Virus record (IMG/VR): IMGVR_UViG_3300032291_001634
DNA: 64,000 nucleotides
Direction: 5' to 3' (one strand)
Origin: an uncultured virus (IMG/VR IMGVR_UViG_3300032291_001634)
Lineage: Duplodnaviria > Heunggongvirae > Uroviricota > Caudoviricetes
In this document: positions 47,440 through 57,386 of the stretch, in pieces
Position numbering within the stretch: position 1 is the stretch's first letter
Layout: each line of letters begins with the position of its first letter
Position numbers and translations under genes: made by a program
Notes under the pieces: generated by a model
What the model saw: the letters and a program-made list of their open reading frames with translations, nothing else
Database searches by the model: none
Told to the model about the DNA's origin: nothing

Positions 47440-48672
47440 TTAATTCATAACAGCGTTAGTTTGATTGGTACTTCCGCCGCCACCGCCAGTGCCTCCTGGG
47501 TAATCAGGTAGGCGAACAAATGCAATATCTACTGTAGTAAATAGCGGAACCATTCTCTCATTAAAAATCATATGGTTAACATTTAAACTGTTTACAACTC
47601 CTAGATATCTAAGAGACTTTCCTAGATGAAGCTCAACTGGAATAGCAGGAAGCCAACCCATATCTGCAGTGTTTTCACCACGAAGATAGCTGCTCATAGT
47701 AGTTCCCATAAGAACTCTTAGCAAGAACTCAAGGTCATACATAGTACCTTTATTGTAGATGTCTTGCTCTTCCGTAACAGATGCGGGTCTCTTTGAATAT
47801 CTTTCTGGGTTTTGTAGATTTCCATTTTCATCATAATATTGCATATCAAATATTCTATTTATAATAATTTGGAATGACACTTGACCCTGTGAACCAGAAA
47901 CACCAGCCAGGTTAAACATTTCTGTTCCGGATGTAATCATAGTTACATCGACGTTAGGAGAAGTGTAGTACGACATAGCCACAGTTCCTGGATTGTATTG
48001 GAATTGGAATCCGTAATTGTGCTTATCAAAATAGTCTGATGACTGAGCTTTATTAGAACCTGAATTCCAAGCTTTTAAAACTTGCTCAGAAGTAACAATC
48101 ATACCCTTGCTACCAAGCACCGAAGTCCACAAATCTCCCGCAGAGCGTACCACAGTAGGTTGATTATGGGACATCATTACTTTGCTAACAAAGTCTGTTC
48201 TAGTGCTAAAGTATGTTTCTTTAACAGAGCTAGCGTTGTACTGTAGAGGGGTAAATGTGCTCTTATTAATTCCTTTGTAAGCCCCGACACCATTTCCAGT
48301 AATTTTTGAAGCGTCTTTCTTTGCTTTAATTTGGGATTCCTGCTTAGTTAAAGCTTGGCTTAAAGTTACTGCTAAGTTAAAAGAGCTTAATCTTGCCGAA
48401 AGCTGGTCGCGTTCAGTTTGTAGTAGCTTTAACTGGGCATCTACAACATCTTTTTGCTGTTGGACACCATAATTCTGTGCATTAGGGTCAGCCTCGTCAA
48501 GTGCAGCTATTTGAGCTTTAGTTGCTGAAATTTCTTTATCAATATCAACAAGCTGTTTTTTAACATTTTTAATTTTATCTGCATAAGAGGTTAACGAAGC
48601 CAGTTCTTTAACAGTAGCCTGCCTATCAGCAGAAGCTATTCTTGCTTTATCGCGTTCGGATATAAAAGACAT
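47440..48672 (-). CDS. tail tube initiator-like protein with N-terminal coiled coil
   Basis: FQFQYNP, YLGVV.SL.V.H..FNERMVP; lies between the tape measure and LysM genes. Confidence 0.65.
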   Translation of the reverse strand: MSFISERDKARIASADRQATVKELASLTSYADKIKNVKKQLVDIDKEISATKAQIAALDEADPNAQNYGVQQQKDVVDAQLKLLQTERDQLSARLSSFNLAVTLSQALTKQESQIKAKKDASKITGNGVGAYKGINKSTFTPLQYNASSVKETYFSTRTDFVSKVMMSHNQPTVVRSAGDLWTSVLGSKGMIVTSEQVLKAWNSGSNKAQSSDYFDKHNYGFQFQYNPGTVAMSYYTSPNVDVTMITSGTEMFNLAGVSGSQGQVSFQIIINRIFDMQYYDENGNLQNPERYSKRPASVTEEQDIYNKGTMYDLEFLLRVLMGTTMSSYLRGENTADMGWLPAIPVELHLGKSLRYLGVVNSLNVNHMIFNERMVPLFTTVDIAFVRLPDYPGGTGGGGGSTNQTNAVMN

Positions 48673-51233
48673 TAAATATCTCCAATGTTAGATAGTAAAG
48701 AGTCGCTGTCTAAGTACTGCTTAACTAACTGACCAAACTTTACAGCATCTGCAGCAGTTACGTCAGGTACTTGAACAACAATGCTTACGTTATTACTTAC
48801 GTTATTTTGCTTTGGTGGAGCAGTTGCTCCAGGAGTTCCACCAGGAGCTGGTGCGTAAGTTGATGGATTAGCTGCCATTGATGCATTCCATGAGGCGGGA
48901 GTTAGCCCTACGTTTGCACCCAATAACTGAATAGAACTCAATATTTTGCTTGTATCGTTAGAGTAAAGTCCAGAAAGTGCGTTCATGGCACTTTGAACAT
49001 TTGCTGGAGTTTGAGTAAGTCCAGCTACACCCCCAGTTTTACCTGCTTTAATATCTGCAGCAGATAGCCCTCCCGCTGTTATTCCTGCAACTTGTAATTC
49101 TGTTTGAGATGGAGTGTTGGTTGCTGGTGTTCCACCACCACCCATAATTCTAGAAGCATCTTCTGGGCGAATAGAGTTACCTACACCGCCAATTGTTTGT
49201 CTTCCTTCTCTAATTTCAAAGTGCAGGTGAGCACCTCCAGCACCAGCTGGAGAAGTTCTTCCTGTGTTACCTGCTTTACCAATTACCTGCCCTTTTGTAA
49301 CTGCTTCATCAACATCAACTAGAACTTTAGATAAGTGACCATATACTGAAGTATATTGCTTGCCACCTTCACCAGTATGAAGGATAGTAATAAAGTTACC
49401 TAAACTTCCTCCGGTAGTGTCTTGTTTGTTATGTCCTTTTTCAGTGTTAGTTACGATTCCATCAGCAACAGCTTTAACAGCATCTCCAATGTCATAGTTA
49501 TAGTCAGTTCCACCATGCTTAGTTTTAGTTCCGTTTAAGCCACGTTCTTCGCCTAATGCAGAGTTGACTCTGTGACCGCTAGACACTTGAGACATATCAA
49601 ATAGGCTTCCACTGCCACCACCACCAGTACCACCACCAGTGCCTCTAGGAAGTCCTCCAGTAGAAGTTGACCCTCCAAAACCGCCAATAAGCTGCGCTGC
49701 TCCGGTAGTAGCAATTGCTGCTCCTAAACTTACACCCATGCTTCCAGCAATAATGCCCATTTCAGCTAGGGCTGGAGCAGGGTTCAATGCATCCATAGCC
49801 ATTAATCCTTGGCCTATTGCAGCTAGTCCTTTGCTTGAAAAGTCTACTAAAGTATTTGCTCCACCAATTAACCCTTTAACCTGGTCAGATGCAAACAAAG
49901 TTTGAATCATTGCGGAACCTGCACCTAAAGATTGTGCTAATCCTCCGGCAGCAGCGTTCAGTCCCTTTAAAGCATTGCTAGCCATATTAATACCTTTAAT
50001 ATAGCTTTCTTGTGACATATTCAAAGCTTCTGTAGCAGAAGTATCTACTGCCATTTGAGAAGCTAAAGGATTTTTAGAAGATAATGCGCTAGTAACATCA
50101 GTAGCAGAAGACAAGTCAGTTTTATTTCCGCCCTTTGCTCTATCTACCATGTACTGCTTAAACATTCGTCCGCCCTGCTCATCTCCACTAAAGAATGAGT
50201 CGATGGTTACACCTAATGAACCTCGGCGAATAGAAGCCATAGTTTGTTCTTGGGTTGCTTCTCCACGTCCAGCAGTAAGGCGTTGAGCTAGTTCTTCAAA
50301 AATTTGTCCTTGAGTTTTTTCTTTTCCACTTGATAGGTCTGCAGTATAAATACCAAAGTTACGAAGCATTTCTGCAGAGCCTTTAGCACTAGTTAGGCCC
50401 TCAATAGAACCGGCTGCTTCTTCATTAGAGATGTTCATGTATCTAGCAGCATTACCAATGGTGTTCATAGTCTGGCCATAAACATCTTGGTTTGATGACA
50501 TTCCTCTAGAAGCTAGGAACTGAGCAACTTTAGCATCAGAACCAACAGAGGTGATAGCAGACATAGCCTTTAATCTACCAAATGTTTTTTCAGACAGCGT
50601 GCCAGGGGCAGTGTTGCTGTAAATGCCTGCGTTGTAGTAACTAGAAGCCCTTTTCATAGTGTTCTCTACACCAGGCAAGAACGAGTTAAAAGCGTTTTGC
50701 ATTCCCTGCATTAATTTTACAGTGTCAGAAATTCCGTACATGCTGCTAGTGATTCTAGCTTGGGATTCCGGAGACATAGAGTTAAATCGTGATTGCTTTT
50801 TTTCTGAGCCATCTTCGTTATACATGATGTTACCATCTGCATCACGTACACTTACTTTTTTACGGTTACTAATACCGTGCATTCCAAGAGACACTGTTTG
50901 TGCAGTATCCCTCATCTTGTCTAGTTTTCTTTGGTTCTCTTGCTTAATGGCCTGCATTCTTTCGAATTGACCAGCACCACCCGTTGAACTAAACGCATCA
51001 GACTGTGATAGCCCCAGTCTTGCACCCATCCTTGCACCAAAGCTGTTAGCGTTATCTGCTCCCATGCGCTGGTTAGCTCTAACAGCTTTAGAGCCGTTCA
51101 TGTGTCTACCACCAGGAGACTTAGTATCTCCGTTTAAATTGTCGTTAACCTGCCCAGACTTTTTTACGAGATTGTCAATAACCTTTTCAGCTTGTTTAAG
51201 CCTAGCGACTAGGCCCTCTAAACTATCAGCCAT
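48672..51233 (-). CDS. tape measure protein with M23 peptidase domain
   Basis: Ala/Gly-rich helical body; HGGTD, YGHLS, HLHFEIR. Confidence 0.85.
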   Translation of the reverse strand: MADSLEGLVARLKQAEKVIDNLVKKSGQVNDNLNGDTKSPGGRHMNGSKAVRANQRMGADNANSFGARMGARLGLSQSDAFSSTGGAGQFERMQAIKQENQRKLDKMRDTAQTVSLGMHGISNRKKVSVRDADGNIMYNEDGSEKKQSRFNSMSPESQARITSSMYGISDTVKLMQGMQNAFNSFLPGVENTMKRASSYYNAGIYSNTAPGTLSEKTFGRLKAMSAITSVGSDAKVAQFLASRGMSSNQDVYGQTMNTIGNAARYMNISNEEAAGSIEGLTSAKGSAEMLRNFGIYTADLSSGKEKTQGQIFEELAQRLTAGRGEATQEQTMASIRRGSLGVTIDSFFSGDEQGGRMFKQYMVDRAKGGNKTDLSSATDVTSALSSKNPLASQMAVDTSATEALNMSQESYIKGINMASNALKGLNAAAGGLAQSLGAGSAMIQTLFASDQVKGLIGGANTLVDFSSKGLAAIGQGLMAMDALNPAPALAEMGIIAGSMGVSLGAAIATTGAAQLIGGFGGSTSTGGLPRGTGGGTGGGGSGSLFDMSQVSSGHRVNSALGEERGLNGTKTKHGGTDYNYDIGDAVKAVADGIVTNTEKGHNKQDTTGGSLGNFITILHTGEGGKQYTSVYGHLSKVLVDVDEAVTKGQVIGKAGNTGRTSPAGAGGAHLHFEIREGRQTIGGVGNSIRPEDASRIMGGGGTPATNTPSQTELQVAGITAGGLSAADIKAGKTGGVAGLTQTPANVQSAMNALSGLYSNDTSKILSSIQLLGANVGLTPASWNASMAANPSTYAPAPGGTPGATAPPKQNNVSNNVSIVVQVPDVTAADAVKFGQLVKQYLDSDSLLSNIGDI

Positions 51234-51234
51234 A

Positions 51235-51366
51235 TTAAGTCCTTACTAACTTTCCAATAGTTCTAGCCATTTCTAGCCAGTTATTGCGTTCTCTAGGGGA
51301 TAGCTCTTTAATTTCGTTTAAGTTCCAGCCAGTGAAACTTATAGATAAAGCCATCCAGTCGTGCAT
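51235..51366 (-). CDS. small tail assembly chaperone segment (possible frameshift extension of the upstream gene)
   Basis: MHDWMALSISFTGWNLNEIKELSPRERNNWL; no SD; frame is open back into the upstream gene. Confidence 0.7.
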   Translation of the reverse strand: MHDWMALSISFTGWNLNEIKELSPRERNNWLEMARTIGKLVRT

Positions 51367-51388
51367 TAATTTGTAGTAGTTTGAAACT

Positions 51389-52204
51389 TTAGAAACGAAA
51401 CAAAGTTCCAATATTAATTGGAACCACTACCTTTCCTCCACAGTCAGGGCAGTCAATAATAATGTCATCAAATACTGGTCCTGGGAGTCTCTTTGCAATT
51501 TCTTCACCAATTTTTTTACGGTCAACAAGTCCAATAGCTTGTACTTGTGGTTTACCCATAACAGGCTTACCATCAATTTCAAGAATAGTGTGCTGTAATA
51601 GTACGGTTGTTTGTTCAGCACCATTGCGGTCAGTATTAATAGATAGTTCTTTTTGTACAACTCCAGTAGGAAGAGTAACTTCATAAACACTAGACTTACC
51701 ATTAACAGTAAATGTACGGTCTGCAATAGGGTCTACTAAAATCTTAACTTTAATATCACGGTCAATGTCAACTTCTACATCTTTGAAGTTGTCACATCCG
51801 CCACAGTAACAAGCTACCTCAGTAGTTTTACCAAATGTAGCCTTGAAAATACCAAGCATAAGAGCGTCTCTGTCACCAGAAAGCATTGAGTCTAAAAGAC
51901 CCTCAGAAGCTGGCAGGTCACCAATTTTTACTACAGCTCTAGTTAGAATTGTATTAAAGGCTTTTCCAACATTTTGGCTTTTACCGATGTACTCTTCATC
52001 TTTACCATTTAGTTCACGAACTTCTGCGGTCTTGATGACCTCCCCGTCTGGAGTAATAAATCCAGCAGGGAGGTTCACCAAGGTGTCCGAAGGAGTGTTG
52101 ATAACCAGGGTTGCTGCAGGTTGTGTTTCAGTGCTTTCAAGTACTTTACTAATAAGGTCGTTATTTAGTTCAGCACCACTAGCAGATTTCATATTGTTTT
52201 CCAT
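51389..52204 (-). CDS. tail assembly chaperone (T4 gp26-like)
   Basis: VRELNGKDEE, GDRDAL.LGI...TFG, CGGC, LPTG, CPDCG. Confidence 0.82.
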   Translation of the reverse strand: MENNMKSASGAELNNDLISKVLESTETQPAATLVINTPSDTLVNLPAGFITPDGEVIKTAEVRELNGKDEEYIGKSQNVGKAFNTILTRAVVKIGDLPASEGLLDSMLSGDRDALMLGIFKATFGKTTEVACYCGGCDNFKDVEVDIDRDIKVKILVDPIADRTFTVNGKSSVYEVTLPTGVVQKELSINTDRNGAEQTTVLLQHTILEIDGKPVMGKPQVQAIGLVDRKKIGEEIAKRLPGPVFDDIIIDCPDCGGKVVVPINIGTLFRF

Positions 52205-52222
52205 TTTGATTATCCTTTAACT

Positions 52223-52858
52223 TTACTTAAATTTTGGAGCAGAACCAGCCTGTGTTAGGTTAGTTGCCCAGTTTAGGTCGAAACCTTCGTGAACTAGAGT
52301 AATCTGTTCAACGAACAAAGCGTTGTCACCTGCGTTTAGGTCAGAGTACGCTACGGCTGTTGGCCATGCGTTGTATACCTGGAAACGAGCTGACACGTGG
52401 TCTTTGTAGTTAGCACTAGTCAAAGCAACGTTATTTCCACCTGAACCTGCGATTGGGTGGGTTAGAACCTCAATCTCTAGGTCGCAACGGAAGTTTTCGC
52501 CCTGCTTTGCAGTAGTGCCATTTTGTACTGTTGCAAACAACTTGCGCATCCATTCCCAGTGCTGTGGGGTGCCCATTACGACACCACGCTGCAAAGTGAT
52601 AGGTGAGAAGGTTGTCTGACCAGGAATCTGGTGCACAGTGGTGTTGTAGCCACCTTCACGGTAAGGGATGCTGTCAGTAGTAACTGACAGACCCGATACG
52701 GAAGTGAAGCCAACAGTCACCTTTGGGGTTTTCAACCATGAGCCGCCACCTGCGTTACCACCAGTAAGTGGCTTGAAGGTAACCAGGAACCTAAAGTTTC
52801 TGATTGGGTCGGTCTCAAGAGTTGAACGGTTGTTAATGATTGTAGGTCCAGTAACCAT
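52223..52858 (-). CDS. tail tube protein (gp19-like)
   Basis: DP.RNFRFLV, GFTSVSGL, YREGG, PG.T.FSPITL.RG, NAWP, EQITLVHEG. Confidence 0.93.
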   Translation of the reverse strand: MVTGPTIINNRSTLETDPIRNFRFLVTFKPLTGGNAGGGSWLKTPKVTVGFTSVSGLSVTTDSIPYREGGYNTTVHQIPGQTTFSPITLQRGVVMGTPQHWEWMRKLFATVQNGTTAKQGENFRCDLEIEVLTHPIAGSGGNNVALTSANYKDHVSARFQVYNAWPTAVAYSDLNAGDNALFVEQITLVHEGFDLNWATNLTQAGSAPKFK

Positions 52859-52876
52859 TGTTTATATCTCCTTCGG

Positions 52877-54832
52877 TTATTCTGCAGTCTTTTGACTGAG
52901 GTTAATTACAACAAACTCTGCAGGGTATTCAAGAGCCACACCAATTTCGACGTGAACCTCTCCATTAGCGATTGATGTAGGGGTGTTGTTTTCATCATCA
53001 CACTTGATGTAGAAAGATTGCTCTGGAGTAGTTCCACGTAGACCACCTTGGTTGCGGTAGTCATTTAGGAATACACCTAGAACGGTGATAAGGCGAGACC
53101 ATAGGGTTTCGGTGTTGTTCTCAAATACTGCAAATGAAGCTAGGTCGTTTAGACGCTTCTCTACGTATGATAGTGAACGACGCATGTTGATGTAGCGGTT
53201 TGCAGTACCATCTTGTAGAAGAGTACGGCCACCCATTACAACAATTCCTGCACCTGGAAGGTTGCGAATTGCGTTTACAACATTCAAGCCAGTGATTACA
53301 CCAGATGAGTTTGTTCCAGAGTTTAGCTGGTCAAGCTCTGCTGGGCTAAATGCACGCTCAAGAGCAAGTGCATCTGTAACCTGTGCGTCAATACCTGCTG
53401 CAACCTTGAATGGTCCAACACGGCGGTCTGTTGCTAGGTATAGTCCTGCTACAGCTGCTGAAGGGCCAATCTTACGAATAGCATTTCCAGACCTACCAAT
53501 TGGGTCCTTGATGTATAGGTGTGGGTAGTAGACTGCTGCACGGCTAGTTTCTTCTAGGTCACCAGAAGCATTTAGTGCACCAGATACAGTAAGGTCAGGA
53601 GCTGTTTCAACAACAACAAAGTGACGCTTACTTGAGTCATCTGTTTCAACCCAGTTTAGTAGGGCCTTGTAAACATACTGTGCAACATCCCAGCCACCAG
53701 TAGGACTAACTACTGCAGTACCTGTGTCGGCAGCTGAAGTAATAGTTCCTGATGCTGTGCTGTTGTACTTGAATGTCTTAGAACCTGCGTTTACTTCGGT
53801 AATCACCCAAGTACCTTCAATAGAAGGGTTACCGTTAGTTCCCGCAACAACTACAGTGTCTCCTACAAGGAAGCCATGAGTTTCAACTGTAGTGATTGTA
53901 ACTAGGGTTCCTGTACGTGCGCTGTTAGTGATAGTTGCTGACTTAGCTACAGAGTTGTTCTTTACTGTGCTTACTACGTCCGGAAGGAAGAAGACCAAAG
54001 GCTGGTCAAGAACTTCAAATTCCTTAAGTACTGAACAGTCAGAAACCGCAAATGTACCTGTTCCTGCAACTGGGTTGTAAACTGTATTACCTGTGTAGTC
54101 TGCATAAGTCAAGCTACGTGCAGTAGTAGGTGCTCCAGTAAACGCTAGTACTGCATCGCTAGGAATGTATGCTACGTTCTTAGCAGTTGTATAGGTTACT
54201 CTAGGAGTAATTTCAACACCAGCATCGTTGTACTCAACTACGGCTCCTTCAAGAACCTTAATATAAGCAGAACCGAATTCTAGTACAGTAGTAATGTAGT
54301 CACCAGACAAAGCATCGTGGAATACAACACCGTTGAACTCTTCTACAAGAGTGTCATCAGTAGTATCTGAGGTTGTAGCTGGTGATGCGCCTTCAAGGTA
54401 AACTCTAATGTCATAGTAACCTGCTTCACGAATAGTTCTTGAAGCAGTAACTACAACACGAAGGTCGTTACCATCTACTCCACGGTTCTTAGCCGCAAAA
54501 GTACATAGGGTACCGCTACCACCGCTTGCAATAGTAAGAGTTGCCTTAGCAACCTTCTTTGAAGCTGAAGGAAGCGCACGCTTTACATAAAGCTCAGTTC
54601 CGCCATTCTTAAAGAATGAACCGATAGCAAATGTTGACGGGTACGCTTTGTTATAGCCACCAAACTTCTGAGTAAAGTCATACCATGACGTTACCTTTGT
54701 AATCTGGTCTGAACCTTTGGCAAAAGCTGCAATAACTGCACCTGCTGCCTCGGCTGTTGCAGCTGTGTTTACTGGTGCTGCAGCCAGTGGAAGTTCATTG
54801 ATGAACACTCCAGGACGATTATAGGTCGCCAT
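52877..54832 (-). CDS. contractile tail sheath protein
   Basis: YNRPGVFINE, FFKNGG, AVYYP, VNAIR, GGRTL, RYIN.RR, VFENN, PAEFVVI. Confidence 0.95.
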   Translation of the reverse strand: MATYNRPGVFINELPLAAAPVNTAATAEAAGAVIAAFAKGSDQITKVTSWYDFTQKFGGYNKAYPSTFAIGSFFKNGGTELYVKRALPSASKKVAKATLTIASGGSGTLCTFAAKNRGVDGNDLRVVVTASRTIREAGYYDIRVYLEGASPATTSDTTDDTLVEEFNGVVFHDALSGDYITTVLEFGSAYIKVLEGAVVEYNDAGVEITPRVTYTTAKNVAYIPSDAVLAFTGAPTTARSLTYADYTGNTVYNPVAGTGTFAVSDCSVLKEFEVLDQPLVFFLPDVVSTVKNNSVAKSATITNSARTGTLVTITTVETHGFLVGDTVVVAGTNGNPSIEGTWVITEVNAGSKTFKYNSTASGTITSAADTGTAVVSPTGGWDVAQYVYKALLNWVETDDSSKRHFVVVETAPDLTVSGALNASGDLEETSRAAVYYPHLYIKDPIGRSGNAIRKIGPSAAVAGLYLATDRRVGPFKVAAGIDAQVTDALALERAFSPAELDQLNSGTNSSGVITGLNVVNAIRNLPGAGIVVMGGRTLLQDGTANRYINMRRSLSYVEKRLNDLASFAVFENNTETLWSRLITVLGVFLNDYRNQGGLRGTTPEQSFYIKCDDENNTPTSIANGEVHVEIGVALEYPAEFVVINLSQKTAE

Positions 54833-54873
54833 TATTTCTCCTTAACTAGATGATTATTTCAGGGGGTTCCGAA

Positions 54874-55536
54874 TTATGTCGTTATAGTAAATTCATCAAT
54901 ACTATCCCACTGAACAGAGCTGACTGTAGGAGGACTGACGGTAACTGTTTGCACCTTATAAAGTTGACGGAATACACCCTGCACTACCTCGGATGAGACA
55001 CGTACAGAGATTGCGTTAACGAACAGACGCTTTGCCTGTTCGGTTACGTCACGCTTGGCGACGTTCATGACATCTAGTCGTCTCATAGTAATAGTGTTAG
55101 TGGTGACATCGCCAACAGTAACACTCTTTTCTGGGATTTCTAGATAGCCAAATCTAAGTGGGAACTTCTGTGTTAGAAGCTGCGCCAATATTGTTCTGTC
55201 ATGACGAGGATGACGAGAGTAGGTTGTAATCTGATAGTCAATATAAACTGGAATAGGAATATCAACAAGGAAGTCTTGGGTCTCCGGGTCAATGCCGTCA
55301 GGAGTTAGGTAGTCTGGGTTTACTAGTCCGCGCATTTCACGCTCTGTATCACGCTGAATGTCTACCATATCGATAGTTATATATGGGAATGACTGGTTAC
55401 GAATTTCTTGGTCAGGCTGACCAAACCAAACGCCTACTTGACGAGGAATATCCTGCCCATCTGACTTTTGGTCAGAAACAGTCATTCCTTGAAGTTTATT
55501 ACGAAGTGCTTCATCTTCAGATAGTATAAAGGTCAT
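54874..55536 (-). CDS. tail terminator / sheath stabiliser-like protein
   Basis: FPYITI, P.P..IDYQI..YSR; upstream of the sheath gene. Confidence 0.6.
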   Translation of the reverse strand: MTFILSEDEALRNKLQGMTVSDQKSDGQDIPRQVGVWFGQPDQEIRNQSFPYITIDMVDIQRDTEREMRGLVNPDYLTPDGIDPETQDFLVDIPIPVYIDYQITTYSRHPRHDRTILAQLLTQKFPLRFGYLEIPEKSVTVGDVTTNTITMRRLDVMNVAKRDVTEQAKRLFVNAISVRVSSEVVQGVFRQLYKVQTVTVSPPTVSSVQWDSIDEFTITT

Positions 55537-55847
55537 TTCTTAACCTTGTCTATTTTGTCGTTCAATAAGATAGAAAAGACTTTACCAAACTCGGCATTCA
55601 TGTTACCGAATCTTCTTAGGGTGCCCTTACTTACTCCATTAGCACCCTGGTACTCTAAGTCAAACACTTGCACACGGTATTGGGCACTATCAATTTTATA
55701 GGCTCTGCTACCCTCTTTTACAGTTAGGGAACTAGCAACTTCTGCTGGCCACCCCTGATTTTGGGTATAGATGCGCGCCTGCTTAGTTATCTCTTTAACT
55801 AAGTCTTTTTTAGCTGCTTCAAATGCTGGCTTTAAATAGTCTAACAC
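55533..55847 (-). CDS. hypothetical protein (possible neck/tail completion)
   Basis: GWP, DLEY; structural operon context. Confidence 0.55.
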   Translation of the reverse strand: MLDYLKPAFEAAKKDLVKEITKQARIYTQNQGWPAEVASSLTVKEGSRAYKIDSAQYRVQVFDLEYQGANGVSKGTLRRFGNMNAEFGKVFSILLNDKIDKVKK

Positions 55848-56044
55848 TACTGCTTCTTACCTGTATGGGATTGCGGTCTTTCGAATTTATCGTTCATGTA
55901 GCCTGAGCTAAGCATACCCATGAGTACATCGTGGCGAAGGTTAGGGTTCAATCCGTTAGCTCCTTGAGTAAACTCTTTTATCTCTTGGAATGCTAAATAT
56001 TGATTTACCTTCGTCCACCAGGGTTTAAATTCTGGAGAAGACAT
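55847..56044 (-). CDS. hypothetical protein
   Basis: SD AAGGA; first gene after the terminator. Confidence 0.65.
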   Translation of the reverse strand: MSSPEFKPWWTKVNQYLAFQEIKEFTQGANGLNPNLRHDVLMGMLSSGYMNDKFERPQSHTGKKQ

Positions 56045-56113
56045 CGCAAAATCCTTTACAGGCGCAGACTACATTACGTAGATAGGTTCCGCACGGTTCC
56101 TATACTATAAGGA

Positions 56114-56142
56114 TAAAGAAAAACCCTGACGTTGTCAGGGTT
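56114..56142 (-). terminator. intrinsic terminator ending the basic-protein array
   Basis: AACCCTGAC-AAC-GTCAGGGTT followed by TTTCTTT on the minus strand. Confidence 0.8.
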
Positions 56143-56163
56143 AATCTAAATGTTTGTGTTGGA

Positions 56164-56475
56164 TTAGTTCTTCTTCTTAGCCATTACAGCTTTTGCTTTC
56201 TTAGCCCTAGCTGCTTTAAGTTTCATAGACGGATTCAAAGCTTCTTTTGTAATTCCCTTGTTTTGAGCTGAATCTGCTGCAGCTTCTTTTGGAGTTCTTC
56301 CTGCTGGAATGTTTCCGTTTACAATCCTAGATGCTCTCTTTGGGGAAAATGCCTTTTTTACAGAGTTTTTTTGAGCAGTAGTTCTTGGAAGACCTGCGTC
56401 AGTATTACGTATTGCACGCATTTGTGTTGCGCCTTTTTTCATCCCTTTACGGGTAACTTTAGGTGTATTTGCCAT
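56164..56475 (-). CDS. small Lys/Arg-rich protein
   Basis: TAATG coupling; strongly basic. Confidence 0.75.
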   Translation of the reverse strand: MANTPKVTRKGMKKGATQMRAIRNTDAGLPRTTAQKNSVKKAFSPKRASRIVNGNIPAGRTPKEAAADSAQNKGITKEALNPSMKLKAARAKKAKAVMAKKKN

Positions 56476-56762
56476 TATTTCTTTCCTGTCTTCTTAGCGT
56501 TTTCGCGCTTCTCGCCAGCTTTGCCTTCACGCTTTTCGTGGGCAGAGTGCTTCTTGATACCCTTAATAATCTTGGCATCAATCTTCTTGTCTTGCTGCAT
56601 GGTCTTAGGCTTCTTTTTGTCGCCGTGAGCCTTGTCTTTCTTTTCAAATTCACGCTTTTCAGCAGGGGTTAGCCCCTTAGTCATCTTGGCGTCCTTTTTC
56701 TTGTCTTTTTCCTCAGTGTACTTGCCTTTAAGGAATGCCGGCATAGGCTTCTTAGTAGCCAT
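56475..56762 (-). CDS. small Lys/Glu-rich protein
   Basis: MATKKPMPAFLKGK; TAATG coupling. Confidence 0.75.
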   Translation of the reverse strand: MATKKPMPAFLKGKYTEEKDKKKDAKMTKGLTPAEKREFEKKDKAHGDKKKPKTMQQDKKIDAKIIKGIKKHSAHEKREGKAGEKRENAKKTGKK

Positions 56763-57100
56763 TACTTACTACCTGTTCCCTTACCATAGTTAGCTTTTCT
56801 ACTAATCTGCTGGTTATTATTCATGTTGCCAGGGTTTTTCTTGGTAAGTACTGGCTTTTTTACAGCTGGCTTAGCAACTGGGGTCTTTGGAGCGTTAACC
56901 TTAGGCTCCTTGTACTGCTGGTTCATCTCAGCATGTGTTTTTTCTCTTGGGCCTTGGACGCCCATTTGATTAGACAGACTTTGTTTAGGGGCTCCTTTTA
57001 CGGCTGGCTTAGTTACTTGCTTAGTGGTCTTTCCACCCTTTTTAGTTTCTCCAGCTACACGCTTACGTGCGCCACCAGTCTTTGTATTTCTAACTGCCAT
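56762..57100 (-). CDS. small Lys-rich protein
   Basis: AKPAVKKP repeats; TAATG coupling. Confidence 0.75.
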   Translation of the reverse strand: MAVRNTKTGGARKRVAGETKKGGKTTKQVTKPAVKGAPKQSLSNQMGVQGPREKTHAEMNQQYKEPKVNAPKTPVAKPAVKKPVLTKKNPGNMNNNQQISRKANYGKGTGSK

Positions 57101-57234
57101 TATTTCTTTCCTTTTGCTTTAGTCATTGAGTGCTTATTACGTACCGCAAGAGACTGGGTACGCTTCATAGCAGGATTCTTCTTGGTCTTACAAGCTGGGC
57201 AAGTGCCACAGCCACAGGGCTTCTTAACTGCCAT
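57100..57234 (-). CDS. 44 aa basic protein with CxCxxCxxC (not in ORF track)
   Basis: MAVKKPCGCGTCPACKTKK; TAATG at both ends. Confidence 0.7.
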   Translation of the reverse strand: MAVKKPCGCGTCPACKTKKNPAMKRTQSLAVRNKHSMTKAKGKK

Positions 57235-57386
57235 TATTTAACTCCATAGTTTGAAGAGGTATTTTTAGCTTTTACAGCTTTAGGCTTAGAGACTTTGCCT
57301 TTATTATGTGATTTTATTGTAGCAGGTGCCTCAGCATTTTTTCTAGGTCTAGTATTCTTAGCCTTTTTTATTTTAATTTCAGCCAT
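57234..57386 (-). CDS. 50 aa Lys-rich protein (not in ORF track)
   Basis: MAEIKIKKAKNTRPRK; TAATG at both ends. Confidence 0.7.
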   Translation of the reverse strand: MAEIKIKKAKNTRPRKNAEAPATIKSHNKGKVSKPKAVKAKNTSSNYGVK

